Of a stretch of DNA of 64,000 nt, positions 1 to 10,400 are shown piece by piece. The DNA comes from Kiritimatiellia bacterium (lineage in GTDB: Bacteria > Verrucomicrobiota > Kiritimatiellia > RFP12 > UBA1067): assembly GCA_045641465.1 (NCBI GenBank), contig JAZUGW010000166.1, positions 691-64,690 of the forward strand, in the 5' to 3' direction. Under the pieces are notes generated by a model, which worked only from the letters and a program-made list of their open reading frames with translations, was not told the origin of the DNA and did no database searches. The stretch's first letter is position 1. Every line of letters starts with the position of its first letter. Made by a program: the position numbers and the translations under genes.

Positions 1-2737
1 TGCAAAGTTCCACGCCGCCTTCGCCGATATTAATCACACATCCGTCGGAACACGGCTGGAAGATGCCGCCGTTAGTAACGACGACTTTTTTTACATTCAA
101 CGTTGCATCGCCCGCGCAGAACGCGACAACGGACGTATTCTTGATCGTGAGCGTGTAATCCGGTCCGTCCAGGCGAGGACCCTTGCCGCGGAAGTCGAGA
201 CGCGTCGAACCGCCGAGTGTGGCATCGCCCGTCAGCTTGACCTGATTCAAATGATTTCCATTGGAAGTCGACGAGTTGAAGTTGACCAACGCGCCCTCGC
301 CGTCGGGACCTTCGCCCTCAAGACGGAACTCGCGATTGTAGGTCGGCGCCACACCGCCCGCGCCGTAGTTGAGGTCGAACTGGCCCTTCCCTTTCACGGT
401 GATCGTGCCGCCCGCACCGAGAACGTCTTTCGAGGCCGTGTTGTTCGCCGTATAGCCATTGCGGAACACACCGTTCGTGACGGTGATCGGAATGTCGGCG
501 GCAAGCTTGCCGGTCGTCCACATGAAGGAACCTTCGCCGTCCTTCACGAGCGCGAGCGCCCCCGTGAAAGTCGCCGCGCCGTTCGCCGTTCCCGTTGCCT
601 TCGGCACGGTGAGAACCAGTTCGGCCGCAGCCGCGCTGTTCGCGATGGACAACGCGCCCGTCGGGGTGCGGTTCCAGTTGAGCTTGAGTCCGAATCCCTT
701 GAGGTCAAGCGCCAGACCGGCCGGCAGCGCCGCGAGATCGAGTCCGCGCCAATCGCCCGCCGCCGCGAGTTCGAGCGCATTGCCCTCCACGCGCAGCGCG
801 CGATACGGCACGGCGGAATCCGCCGGGAAGTTGAACGTCGTCGGCGATTCGAGAACGATCGTCGTCTCGGCCGTGGGGATCGCACCCGCAATCGGCACAC
901 CCGTGATATCGGTGCACGCCCAGTTCGCCGGGTCGTTCGCCCGCGTACGGTCGCCGCCACCGATCCAGCGCGCGGTCATCGGCACCGAACGGGACGCGGT
1001 TACGACAAGCGCGCCGCCTTCCACCGCGAGGGTGACCGGGAAGCCGACCGCCTGGAACTTCGCCGCATCGCCCGCCGCGAGGCCGCCCGAAACGAGTGTG
1101 AGCTTGCCGTCCGTACCGAACGCCGCATCCGCCGCGCAGACGAGCGACACCGTAACCGGATTCGCCGCACTCGCCCCCGAAAGGTCGACGGTTCCCGTCT
1201 GAAGCTTGTCACATCCCTCGGCGGTCACATCGAAAAAGAGCCACGCGCCGCCCGCAAGCGTCAGCGTGCCCGCGACAGTCGTCGTACGCGCCGCGCCATC
1301 GGCCAGCGAGAGCGTACCTTCCGCCAGGTTGAACGACTTGTAGTTCGCCACGGCGCCGGCATTCAACGTACCCGCGCCACGCTTCACCACGTTCGTCCCC
1401 GTAAGGGCATCATCCGCCTCGGCCGTACCCTCCAGCACCTCGAAGCCGTTTTCCGTCGGCTGGAAAGCGTAGCCGTAGCCGAGTTCGGCCGTCCCCGTGT
1501 TCGGATAGAAGGCGCCCGTCATCTCGTCGCGAACACCCACGCGGCCGTTCGCATCGCGTGCGGCGCGCAGACGGCGCTGCGGCACCAAGGTCCGCGTCAT
1601 CGCACCCTCGGCGTGGTCGATGTCCATACCGTAGAAACGGAAGGAAGACTGATGTCCACCCGCATTGTCGCTGAAGATCGCAAGGATGGGATCGTCTGCC
1701 GATGTCGCGACCGAGCGCGAAACGAGCAACGACTGGCTCGTGCCTGTCGTCAGGTTCCGCAGCGTTGCCATGTTCGAATCGTCCACCGTGAATGTATAGC
1801 GCGAAGTGCCGTCGGCCGGATCCATCGTCGTGAAGATGTCGCCCGCGCTGTGGAAGTAGAAGCGATTGCTCTGCTGGTTGAAGAGGTAGCAGCTACCGCT
1901 CCACTGGAGACCGAAGAAGGCTGTCGAGTTGACATAGACGGGACAACCGAACTCGAAGAAGACCGTCGTGTCATCGTCCATCGTGTAGTCGGTACGGACC
2001 TTCTGCCGGCCGTCGCTCACCGCATAGTTGACCCAGGCCTCGCCCTCGTCGGAACCAATGAATCGTCCCGTGCCGCAGTTGGCGAAGAACTTTCCGCTCA
2101 CGCGGTCGAAGAGACCGGCCGCACCGTCAAGGCGACGGCGGCACGGCACGAAGTCGCGCTGCAGGCCCTGCGCATCCTCGATACGGAAGCTGTAGAGCGT
2201 CATCCGGCACCACGAACCATCCGGCGTGACACCTTGTATTCCCGCCGTGTTGAGATTGAAAATGAGCATCGTGTTGGCGCCCGAATCGACCTTGCCCGTC
2301 GCCGTGACGGCGCCCACGGGACCATCCGCCGTGGACCAAGCCGCCTCGCGGCCTTCGCAGACGATCGTCGTGCGCACATCGAACACAAACGGATCGGCGA
2401 AATCCTCGATACCCGAACGGTTGAACACCGGCAGAGAGTTCGTCTTGCCCGACTTCGCAAAGAAGACAAAGGCATTACGCACGTAGCTCGAGTTGCGCGC
2501 ACCGAAAACGCCGGTCCAAGTCGACGGCTGCGATGCATCCACCTTGACATCGCACGTTACCTTCGTGCTCGCATCGTGGATGTAGTCCGTATCGATGTAC
2601 TCGGTTCCCGTCGACCGAATCCACTCCAACGAAACATATTCACCCGGCAATGCCGTTTCCGCGCCGGCGAACAACCCGCCGAGCAGAGTAAATCCCGCAA
2701 TCAACACAGATCGAACCTGTCGACTGAATGGACACAT
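1..2737 (-). CDS. giant secreted beta-helical surface protein with PATR-like repeats (5' part; C-terminus beyond window start)
   Basis: Reverse-strand translation from ATG at 2737 gives MCPFSRQVRSVLIAGFTLLGGLFAGA (signal peptide), then a jelly-roll-like N-domain and repeats of the GTLTLAGG/TLTIKNTSVVAFC type. GGGAGG Shine-Dalgarno 7 nt upstream. It is absent from the ORF track only because it runs off the window. Paralogous to 2827..6975. Confidence 0.75.
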   Translation of the reverse strand, partial: MCPFSRQVRSVLIAGFTLLGGLFAGAETALPGEYVSLEWIRSTGTEYIDTDYIHDASTKVTCDVKVDASQPSTWTGVFGARNSSYVRNAFVFFAKSGKTNSLPVFNRSGIEDFADPFVFDVRTTIVCEGREAAWSTADGPVGAVTATGKVDSGANTMLIFNLNTAGIQGVTPDGSWCRMTLYSFRIEDAQGLQRDFVPCRRRLDGAAGLFDRVSGKFFANCGTGRFIGSDEGEAWVNYAVSDGRQKVRTDYTMDDDTTVFFEFGCPVYVNSTAFFGLQWSGSCYLFNQQSNRFYFHSAGDIFTTMDPADGTSRYTFTVDDSNMATLRNLTTGTSQSLLVSRSVATSADDPILAIFSDNAGGHQSSFRFYGMDIDHAEGAMTRTLVPQRRLRAARDANGRVGVRDEMTGAFYPNTGTAELGYGYAFQPTENGFEVLEGTAEADDALTGTNVVKRGAGTLNAGAVANYKSFNLAEGTLSLADGAARTTTVAGTLTLAGGAWLFFDVTAEGCDKLQTGTVDLSGASAANPVTVSLVCAADAAFGTDGKLTLVSGGLAAGDAAKFQAVGFPVTLAVEGGALVVTASRSVPMTARWIGGGDRTRANDPANWACTDITGVPIAGAIPTAETTIVLESPTTFNFPADSAVPYRALRVEGNALELAAAGDWRGLDLAALPAGLALDLKGFGLKLNWNRTPTGALSIANSAAAAELVLTVPKATGTANGAATFTGALALVKDGEGSFMWTTGKLAADIPITVTNGVFRNGYTANNTASKDVLGAGGTITVKGKGQFDLNYGAGGVAPTYNREFRLEGEGPDGEGALVNFNSSTSNGNHLNQVKLTGDATLGGSTRLDFRGKGPRLDGPDYTLTIKNTSVVAFCAGDATLNVKKVVVTNGGIFQPCSDGCVINIGEGGVELC

Positions 2738-2776
2738 AACAAACCTCCCTTTTCTTATTTTGTAAAAACTTTTTTC

Positions 2777-2805
2777 ATTATAGAAAATCCCAATATCGTT
2801 GTCAA
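2777..2805 (-). promoter_or_regulatory. sigma70-type promoter (-35 TTGACA, 17-nt spacer, -10 TATAAT) for the upstream giant surface protein gene
   Basis: The reverse strand reads cTTGACAacgatattgggattttcTATAATg about 40 nt upstream of the ATG at 2737, in an AT-rich intergenic patch. Confidence 0.6.
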
Positions 2806-2826
2806 GAAATCTGTCAGTTGGCGCTC

Positions 2827-5800
2827 TTACCGAATGAGCACGATGAGGCCCTTGTCGACGTAGAGTCCGTCGCCCTTGCGGGCGAACGAAAACTCTCCGT
2901 TCACCTCGTGGAAACGAACCGTGGGACGCGTTGTCCACGACATCACCTTGTCGTTGGGATGGATGCCCTTGAGGCGTTCGCCGAAGAAGATGCCGAAATC
3001 GGCGTTCTCCGGACCCGTCCAGTTGCGGTTGTCGTAGGAGAAGTCGCCTCCCGTCTTCTTCGAGAGGTCGATCACCGTGCGGGACGCAAAGGACCCCACG
3101 CCCTGCTCCGAGAGCGTGCCGTCTTCAAGAACGAGTTGACCCTGGAAACCGCTCGCACGTGCGAGGAGCGTAGCCGTGCCGCCCGCCAGGCGAATCTCAC
3201 CGGTTCCGAGCACCGTGCAGGCATCAAGGAAGCGGGCCGTACCGCTCGAGAGGAGGAACGTGCCGTTGTTCAGCAGCGTCCCCGCCAAGCCGAGGTTGGT
3301 GCTCGTACCGTTCAACACGTTGACCGTCGCGCCGGCGGCGATTTCCACATCCGTGAACGTGCCCGTGCGATCCTGCACCTTGAGCGTGTTGCCGGCCGAA
3401 ACCGTCACCTTGCCGTTGAACTTGTACTCGTTCTGCGTGCTTCCGATCACGCCACCGCCCTCGCCCACTTCGACGGGCATGTTGACTTCGTAGGGCGTCG
3501 CTTTGTTCGTCCAGGTGATAAGCTTTCCGCCGTTCGTCAGGACGATCTTCTCGGAAATGGAGAAATCGCCGGTGGAGTCGCCGCACGGCTGGAAGAAACC
3601 GCCGTCCGTCACCACGACACGCTTGACGTAGATCGACGAATTACCGCCACAGAACGCGACCACCGAGGTGTTCTTGATCGTGAGCGTATAGTCCTCGCCA
3701 TGGAGACTGCACGAGCCACCCACAGAACTGGCGCGGAAATCGAGGCGTCCCTTGCCGCCGAAGGTGGCATCACCTGTGAGGAAAGCCGTCTTCATATTGA
3801 TGGCCGTATTCTGCGAGTTGAGCAGCGCACCGCTCCCGTCGGGACCTTCGCCTTCGATGTAGAACGTGCGATTGACGAGAGAGCCTACACCCTTGTTCGA
3901 GGTATCGAGCTGACCCTTGTTCGCGATCGTGATCGTGCCGCTCGAGCCGAACACGTTCTGCGACGCCATCGCGAGGCGGAAGACGCCGTTTGAAATGAAC
4001 ATCGGAACCGATGCGGCAATCGTGCCCGACACCCAGTTGAGCGTACCGGGCGTATCCTTGATGAACCGCGCATTCCCCGTCACGTTGAACTGCGCATTGT
4101 CGACGGAGGCCGTTTCTCCCGCATCGACGTCGAGGAACAAGGCGCCGCCCGGCGTGAGCGAATCCGTCACCGTGAGCGCGGGCGTGGTCGCCGTCGGCGG
4201 CAGGAGGCGCAGATTGTGGCCGAGGAGGTCGATGGTCACGCCTGCCGACAACGCTTCGACCGGCACCCCCGTCCAATCGCAGTCGGACGTAAGGGCGATC
4301 GGCGAACCGATGGAGAGACTCTTGCAAACGAGGCTTTCGCCCCGCGCCAAGCTGAAGCTGCCGGCCGTTGTACCCGGCACGGTCACAACCGTGTCAGCCG
4401 TGGGAAGTTGATCGGGCATCACGTCGTTGACGGCATTCCGGCACTCCCAGTTCGCCAGATCAGTACGGTCTCCCGTGCGTCCGAGGCCCGTCCAGGTGGC
4501 CGTAACCACAAGCGAAAGGTCGGCATAGCGCGCCTTCAAGGCACCGTTCTCGACAAAGAGCACAAGCGTACCCGCCGGGAGTCCCGTATAGGTGAACTTC
4601 GCCTCATCGCCGGCCGCAAGGCCTTGGGCAATCAACGTGGGCACCGTCGCAAAGCTTGAGTCTTCATCAAGTACGAAGTCAAGTACGATTGGCGCCTCCG
4701 CCGTCACCCCTGTGAGATCGAGCGTGGCGGGAACGATGGAATCCGCCGCCGTCGCCGTGACATCGAGCCCGAGGTGCGTACCGCCAGCGAGTGTGAGCGC
4801 ATCGAACGCATACGTCTTCGCCGCGCCGTCCGCAAAGGAAAGGCCGCCCGCCGAAACCGTCACCGGCATCGTGAACGCCGTGACCGAGGCCACGCGCATC
4901 GTGCCATCCGTCACCTTCGAAATGAGCGTGCAGTCGTTCGGGATGAGCGTCGCCGCCACTTCGCCATTCCGCACCACGAGCGTCGTTCCCTCCAGACTCC
5001 AATCGATGTCGCCGAAGGTTCGGTAGTAGTCGGCGGCAGGGCCCGTAGAAGAGAGGAGGCGCGTCGACCAGAACCGCACATCGTCGCAGACGTTGTCGGC
5101 GTTCGGCGTGGTCACCACCCATGACGACGTGTTGACAACGCCGCATCCGTGCGGATAAGCCGGGAGATTGTTCTGCTTGTTGTAACCACCAAGCACCTGG
5201 AAGCACTTGTTCGCAAACGTGTACTGAATCGACCCCGCAGCCGGCACGCCGTCCACTTCCACCGTCACCGCACCGTTCGCGGCATGGCGGAACACGTAGG
5301 AATGGTACTGCGTGACGTCCGCCACGGGAACCGAGAGCGTCCGCTGGATCGCCGAGTTTTTCTCGACGGCGAGGCAGATGCTGTTCGCGCTTTCGGAAAG
5401 AACGAGCAACGTCTCGGCATTGCCCTGGCGCATCGATCCCAGGCAGAGGAGGACATGATTGGCCGCCGCAACCGTCTTGAACCGGGTGGCGAAGGTGAAT
5501 TCCGATCCCAGATTGACACTGGTATACCACGGCGAAGTTCCCCAGATGCCCTTCCCGAGTTTCGTATCGACGAAATTCGCAATCGCGTTCTTCCCGTTCG
5601 GGGAGTAGTTGCCGCCCCAAACGACCCGCGTATCCGAACCCTCGTTGTTTCGCCATGCCGGATTGGTGGGCGTATCGAAGGTCAGTTTGATTTCGGGCTC
5701 GAGGACAAGATCGGCAACGAGCGCCCCGTTGCGCACGCTAAACGTCGCGTCTACGCCACTCGCAGCGGCGAACTTCTCCTCATCGCCCGCGACCAGGCCA

Positions 5801-6975
5801 TTCGAGATCAAAACCAGGCCCTGCGCCGCTTCCGTCCCCCCTATGAGACGGAAATTGATGCGCACAGGGTTCGCCGCGCTCGCCCCCGAAAGGTCGAGCG
5901 AACCGGGCGCAAACGCATCGCACCTGTCTGCGGCAACATCCACATCAAGCGTCGTCCCGCCCGCGAGCGTCAAAGCGCCCGTGACCTCATACGCTTCGGC
6001 CAGTCCATTCTGGAACGACACTTCGCCGGCCTGAACCGAAAGGGCCGGGAAGGTCTTCACCGCATCAAACCGCGCGAGCCCCGTCGTCACCTTCTCCACG
6101 CATGTGCAACCCTGGAAATCGGGATAGCTCGAATGGAGCTCGCCCTTCCCGATCGTGAGCGTGGTTCCGTCAAGCGTTTCGTCCGAATCGCCGAAGAGCG
6201 CGGCATATTCAAGTCCTTCCGCCTCGGTGAGCAGCGTCCCCGTCCAAATGCGCACGTCGTCCACGACATTGTCGGGGTTGGGGGTCGTCACAACCCAGGT
6301 GTCTTTGTTCACCGTCCCGCAGCCATGCGGGTAAGCCGCAAGTTCATTCTGCTTGTTGTAGCCGCCGAGAATCTGCAACAGATTGGAACTGTGGGAATAG
6401 GCGATCGATCCGTTCGCGGCCACACCGTCGACTTCGGCGGTAACCGTACCGTTGTTGTAACGGAAGACGTAGGCGTGATAACGCGTCACATCCGTCACGG
6501 GAATTTCAAACGTCCGCTGGATCGCCGTCTTTTTTTCGACGGCGAGGCAGATGCTGTTCGCACTTTTGGAAACAACGAGCAACGTCTCGTTATTGCCGCG
6601 CATTCCCCCGAGGCAGAACAGGATGTGATTGGGGGCCGTCACCGTCTTGAAGCTGAGGCCCAGCGTGAATGTCGTTCCCGGGGAAACGATGTTGCCCCAC
6701 GGCGAACAGTCGCGAAGGCCATACCCCAGCCGAGTCGCATCGAAATTGCCAATGGCATTCTTGCCGTTCACCGAATAGTTGCCACCACTATTGTAGGCCT
6801 TACCGCTACCGTGGCCGCCCGTACCGGTGCTGCGATACCACTGCGTAGACGACGTGTCGTCAAACGTGATCTTGATGGCAGGATCCGGCAACGCCTGAAC
6901 GACAAATGCAACCGCGCTCGTCAAAACGACGACACAGAAATGCCGAAACACTTCTCCCATATTCGAACAAACCAT
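2827..6975 (-). CDS. giant secreted surface protein: two tandem LamG/concanavalin-like domains followed by a PATR/beta-helix repeat region
   Basis: 1384-aa ORF. The ATG at 6975 is preceded by GGAGG with 6-nt spacing, and the track's TTG at 6981 is probably an over-extension. Signal peptide MGEVFRHFCVVVLTSAVAFVV. Two ~200-aa internal repeats carry LamG-like motifs (NGKNAI.NF...LL.LSESANSICLAVEK...GGYNKQN..AYPHGCG...DDVR.W). The C-terminal half has GTxTLAGG-type beta-strand repeats shared with gene 1. Confidence 0.8.
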   Translation of the reverse strand: MVCSNMGEVFRHFCVVVLTSAVAFVVQALPDPAIKITFDDTSSTQWYRSTGTGGHGSGKAYNSGGNYSVNGKNAIGNFDATRLGYGLRDCSPWGNIVSPGTTFTLGLSFKTVTAPNHILFCLGGMRGNNETLLVVSKSANSICLAVEKKTAIQRTFEIPVTDVTRYHAYVFRYNNGTVTAEVDGVAANGSIAYSHSSNLLQILGGYNKQNELAAYPHGCGTVNKDTWVVTTPNPDNVVDDVRIWTGTLLTEAEGLEYAALFGDSDETLDGTTLTIGKGELHSSYPDFQGCTCVEKVTTGLARFDAVKTFPALSVQAGEVSFQNGLAEAYEVTGALTLAGGTTLDVDVAADRCDAFAPGSLDLSGASAANPVRINFRLIGGTEAAQGLVLISNGLVAGDEEKFAAASGVDATFSVRNGALVADLVLEPEIKLTFDTPTNPAWRNNEGSDTRVVWGGNYSPNGKNAIANFVDTKLGKGIWGTSPWYTSVNLGSEFTFATRFKTVAAANHVLLCLGSMRQGNAETLLVLSESANSICLAVEKNSAIQRTLSVPVADVTQYHSYVFRHAANGAVTVEVDGVPAAGSIQYTFANKCFQVLGGYNKQNNLPAYPHGCGVVNTSSWVVTTPNADNVCDDVRFWSTRLLSSTGPAADYYRTFGDIDWSLEGTTLVVRNGEVAATLIPNDCTLISKVTDGTMRVASVTAFTMPVTVSAGGLSFADGAAKTYAFDALTLAGGTHLGLDVTATAADSIVPATLDLTGVTAEAPIVLDFVLDEDSSFATVPTLIAQGLAAGDEAKFTYTGLPAGTLVLFVENGALKARYADLSLVVTATWTGLGRTGDRTDLANWECRNAVNDVMPDQLPTADTVVTVPGTTAGSFSLARGESLVCKSLSIGSPIALTSDCDWTGVPVEALSAGVTIDLLGHNLRLLPPTATTPALTVTDSLTPGGALFLDVDAGETASVDNAQFNVTGNARFIKDTPGTLNWVSGTIAASVPMFISNGVFRLAMASQNVFGSSGTITIANKGQLDTSNKGVGSLVNRTFYIEGEGPDGSGALLNSQNTAINMKTAFLTGDATFGGKGRLDFRASSVGGSCSLHGEDYTLTIKNTSVVAFCGGNSSIYVKRVVVTDGGFFQPCGDSTGDFSISEKIVLTNGGKLITWTNKATPYEVNMPVEVGEGGGVIGSTQNEYKFNGKVTVSAGNTLKVQDRTGTFTDVEIAAGATVNVLNGTSTNLGLAGTLLNNGTFLLSSGTARFLDACTVLGTGEIRLAGGTATLLARASGFQGQLVLEDGTLSEQGVGSFASRTVIDLSKKTGGDFSYDNRNWTGPENADFGIFFGERLKGIHPNDKVMSWTTRPTVRFHEVNGEFSFARKGDGLYVDKGLIVLIR

Positions 6976-7260
6976 TCTCAACCTCCAAGTTAATCAACTT
7001 CTACGAGTTAAACAGGATGATTTTATCAAATATCCCATCGAACTTCAATCCTAAAAGTCAAAGGCCGAGATTCCCTCGTTTACATCAGGCTACTATTTTG
7101 TTACACTGTCTCTCGCTATCAACCAGGAGATATCCGAGGATGTTAGCACAAGACCGCCGGACGCTTGGATGCGTAAGATCGACTCTGTCTCTTCCCCAAG
7201 ATTAAGTCCGGCGATCTTGTTTTAATTCACACAGGATTCCCAGTGTCCATTAGTCGTGAA

Positions 7261-7337
7261 TGGTGGGCTATAGTGGATTCGAACCACTGACCTCTTCCAT
7301 GTCAAGGAAGCGCTCTAACCAACTGAGCTAATAGCCC
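7261..7337 (-). tRNA. tRNA-Val (anticodon GAC), CCA encoded
   Basis: The reverse complement GGGCTATTAGCTCAGTTGGTTAGAGCGCTTCCTTGACATGGAAGAGGTCAGTGGTTCGAATCCACTATAGCCCACCA folds as a canonical cloverleaf: 7-bp acceptor stem, D-arm GCTC/GAGC, anticodon stem CTTCC/GGAAG with loop TTGACAT, T-arm AGTGG-TTCGAAT-CCACT. Confidence 0.9.
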
Positions 7338-7410
7338 TCATACCTTTGAAGGCAACGCGGAATAGTGTATCAAAAATCGTTGATAAGGTCAATGAAGAAA
7401 TTAAGAAAAA

Positions 7411-10400
7411 TTACGGTTCGTAGGGTGTACGGAAACGCTCTCGACGTAGAATGGCACGATTCCAGCGCGCGCGGTCGTTCGCATCCCAATCGACAAGCTC
7501 GTCATAGGCGCCGCAGAACGGCACACCCAAGTCGACCCAAAGCGCGAGCGTGCGACACTCGGCATCTGTCAAACCCGCTGCATGGCCCTTGTCGAGCATC
7601 TCCGAAAAGAGCTTGCTTGTCCGCGAACCACGCGAACACGGCGGTATCAGCTTCGGCGTCGACGAGGATGCCACCCAATTGAGCACTGGATGATCGGGAT
7701 TTCCAATCCAGATCCGGTCCGCCCAGTAGTTGCGCTTCTTTCCAAGCCAAGTCGAATGCGTCAGGTTCACGTACGCACGCGACCAATAGCGCTTGCCCGT
7801 AATGTCTTTCACGAGTTCGCCGGAGAGGTCCATCAGCTTGGGATTGTCGTCGCGATTATGGCAGCTCACGCACCGCCGCGCGAGAATCGGCTGGACATCT
7901 TCTCGGAAGCTGAACGCACGTGGCGCCGGTGCAAGTGCGACTGTCGGACGGGGCAATGACGCGCCATGATAGTCGGGCGATTCGTTCGTGCGTTCATGAC
8001 AACCCACACAGCTCGCGACCTCATCCGGCTGAAGCGTCGTCCAACTGCGCATCGTCTGAACCAGGCGCCCCTTCTCGTCGAGCAACTGAAAATAGAGCGG
8101 CGTTCGAGCCGGGACCGTGAACGCCACGGATCCATCCGCCGCCACGGGTACTTCGCCGAGTACGCGCTTGACCATCCACGTACCGTTGCCAATTGCCGGC
8201 GGCGAACTCGATGCGCCCATCTGGAGCGGTCCCTGGTTCAAGTTCCAGCCCGTGCCAATCGGACGATAATCGAGCGACACCACCCGCAGCGACTTGACGC
8301 ACCCCGCCGGTGCACCTTTCATCGCTTCCCCGGCGTACACGTCGCGAATCGTTACCGTCCCCGTCGTATGGTCCTCATGGGGACGCTTGGACGTACGCGC
8401 CACAAGCTTCCTCGCCCGTACAGGAACAGGCCGTCCACAAGACACTTTCCCCTTCTGCGCGACGAGCAGTTCACGCGCCCCATGGACATCCATCCAGTAA
8501 AGTCCCATCGCATGGTCACGCTCGCGTCCCGCCTTCCGCCCGCGCGGGTTCTGCGCGAGCACTACACTCTCTTCGTTCACCGGGTAGGGATAGGCCGAGA
8601 GCGCCCCCTGCTGACCGAAGTCCGAGTCTTTACGTACGAACGTCGACTTCCGCAAGGGCGCCACCTGCCAGCACCCTTCCGTCTCTTCACGCCCCGCGCG
8701 AGGATCGAAACGCATCAGTTCCCCCGGCTGCCAGGCATGATGCCCCGTACCGATCGCAAAGAAATAAGGGCTATTCGGCACAGCACGTGCATGGATGATC
8801 GTATTCGGGAAGAACGAATTCGCCCCGTAGATCGCGCGTTGCGTCGTTCCATCGGGGTTCATCGCCATCAACGGCTGCGTGTAGATCTGTCCTCGGTCGT
8901 TGTATTCCCAACGCGTATAGAAGACACGTCCATCCCATGTCAGCGTCGGATAATAGTCATGCACCTGGTCGAAGGTGATGCGTGTGATATTCGAACCGTC
9001 GGCCTCGCACCGATAGAGATTGTCGACTTCGCTGAACCAGCAGTCGATGACCTGCGAACAACGCGTCGACGCAAAAAGGATGCACCCGTCAGCCAAATAG
9101 CACCCTTCAATGTCGGACGCCCCCTTTCCAAACGTCAACTGACGAACCTGTCGCGTCGCCAGCGTCATTTCATAGAGATGGTAATCGTCATGATCACGAT
9201 CCGCTCGATAGGAATAGAGAATGCGTGTTCCATCCGGCGACACATCGACATCCCGAAAACAACCAGCACGCGTCTTCAGCAGCGTTGTCTCCTGCCAGAG
9301 TCCGTCGGGCGAATACTCGGCGAGACACAAGGACGAACCAACGGCACGATAGTCATGATCGTCGCTCAGCGGCGAAGTACCGTCTGAAAGATCGACCAGT
9401 TTCTGAAACACCGTCTTCCCCGGGACATAATGACGGCAGTACACCCATTTCGTTGCAAATGCCCGGACAGGCTCCAAACGCGCCGCCCGTCGCGCAAGAC
9501 ACTGTTCACGCCATGCCGCCTCCGTGAGATAGGTCGGCTGTGAACCACCCGCCTGCAGTCGCCAGTCGGCGAGCAATTCGGCCATCGCAGACGATGTTTT
9601 CGGCGCGGGCTTGTAGTTCTCCGCATGCAGAAAAGCGGCCGGATCACTCATCGTCTCATAGTCGGCCTTCACACGGTCTGCAGACTGCGCCCCATCCGCC
9701 ACGCGCACTTCGTCGTAAAGTCCGCACCAGCTCTGCGTCGTAAGCGTCGGGGCATTGCCGATGCCGAGTCCACCACCGCCATTACTGATTCCCTCGCAGG
9801 AATCCGTCAGCTCCGCTTCCGCCCCATTCACATAAAGCCTTACATTCGGCGTGCCATCGAAGACCGCTGTCACATACGTCCATTCGGCAAACGAAGGCGA
9901 AACGAAATGCTTCCATTTGGCATGATCACCGCCGACGCCCCCAAAATCCCAGCGATTGTCATGCAAATAGAATTCAATGCCGCAGGTCGTGTTGTTATCC
10001 CGACGCGAACTAAAGAACACCTGATACCGGCCACGAGCCACCCGCGTACTCTTGAACCACCCCGAGAAAGAGACCTCGCCATACGTTGTGAGATTTTTCC
10101 AGTAGCCATTCGGCGCGACAAGCGCATTCCCGCAGCGTTCAAGCGAGGTCTGGTTCACCCGTGCACCACCGACGACACCATCCGCAGTCGCCGTCATCTG
10201 TCGCAGCATTTCCGCACTCCCCTGACGACCAAAACGCGGTACCGCATCGTTTCCGAAACCGGACCTGTCGGGTTCGACCTCGGCGCCGCTCGCACGCCCC
10301 ATATGCCACACACCCGTAAAACCATCCCAGACACGATCCGAGGCATCTGCCGTTTTCCGCGCCTGCGCATCGCCCCAATGAAGCGTAAGCGACGTCTGCG

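Noticed and set aside
251-2863. 870-aa plus-strand ORF (Arg/Ala-rich, RRHTARAVVEV...)
   Set aside because: Antisense shadow of the genuine reverse-strand surface-protein gene (1..2737). The composition is Arg/Ala/Val-dominated with no motifs, typical of GC-rich antisense frames.
5149-6993. 614-aa plus-strand ORF, with similar R-rich plus-strand ORFs at 7966..9387, 9625..10785, 15304..17187, 17498..19519, 23780..25534, 26827..29031, 29003..30718, 31635..34034, 34377..36053, 36162..37394, 38090..39124, 39389..40816, 57798..59453, 59784..61040 and 61041..62099
   Set aside because: All lie opposite convincingly conserved reverse-strand genes (htpG, glyA, carB, gpmI, the GH2 gene and others). Their translations are arginine-rich and low-complexity, with no start-site signals.
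7000-7260. Possible ncRNA in the 260-bp AT-rich spacer between tRNA-Val and the giant surface-protein gene
   Set aside because: No conserved ncRNA fold (tmRNA, RNase P, SRP, 6S) is recognisable. The region is best explained as the promoter and leader of the surface-protein gene.
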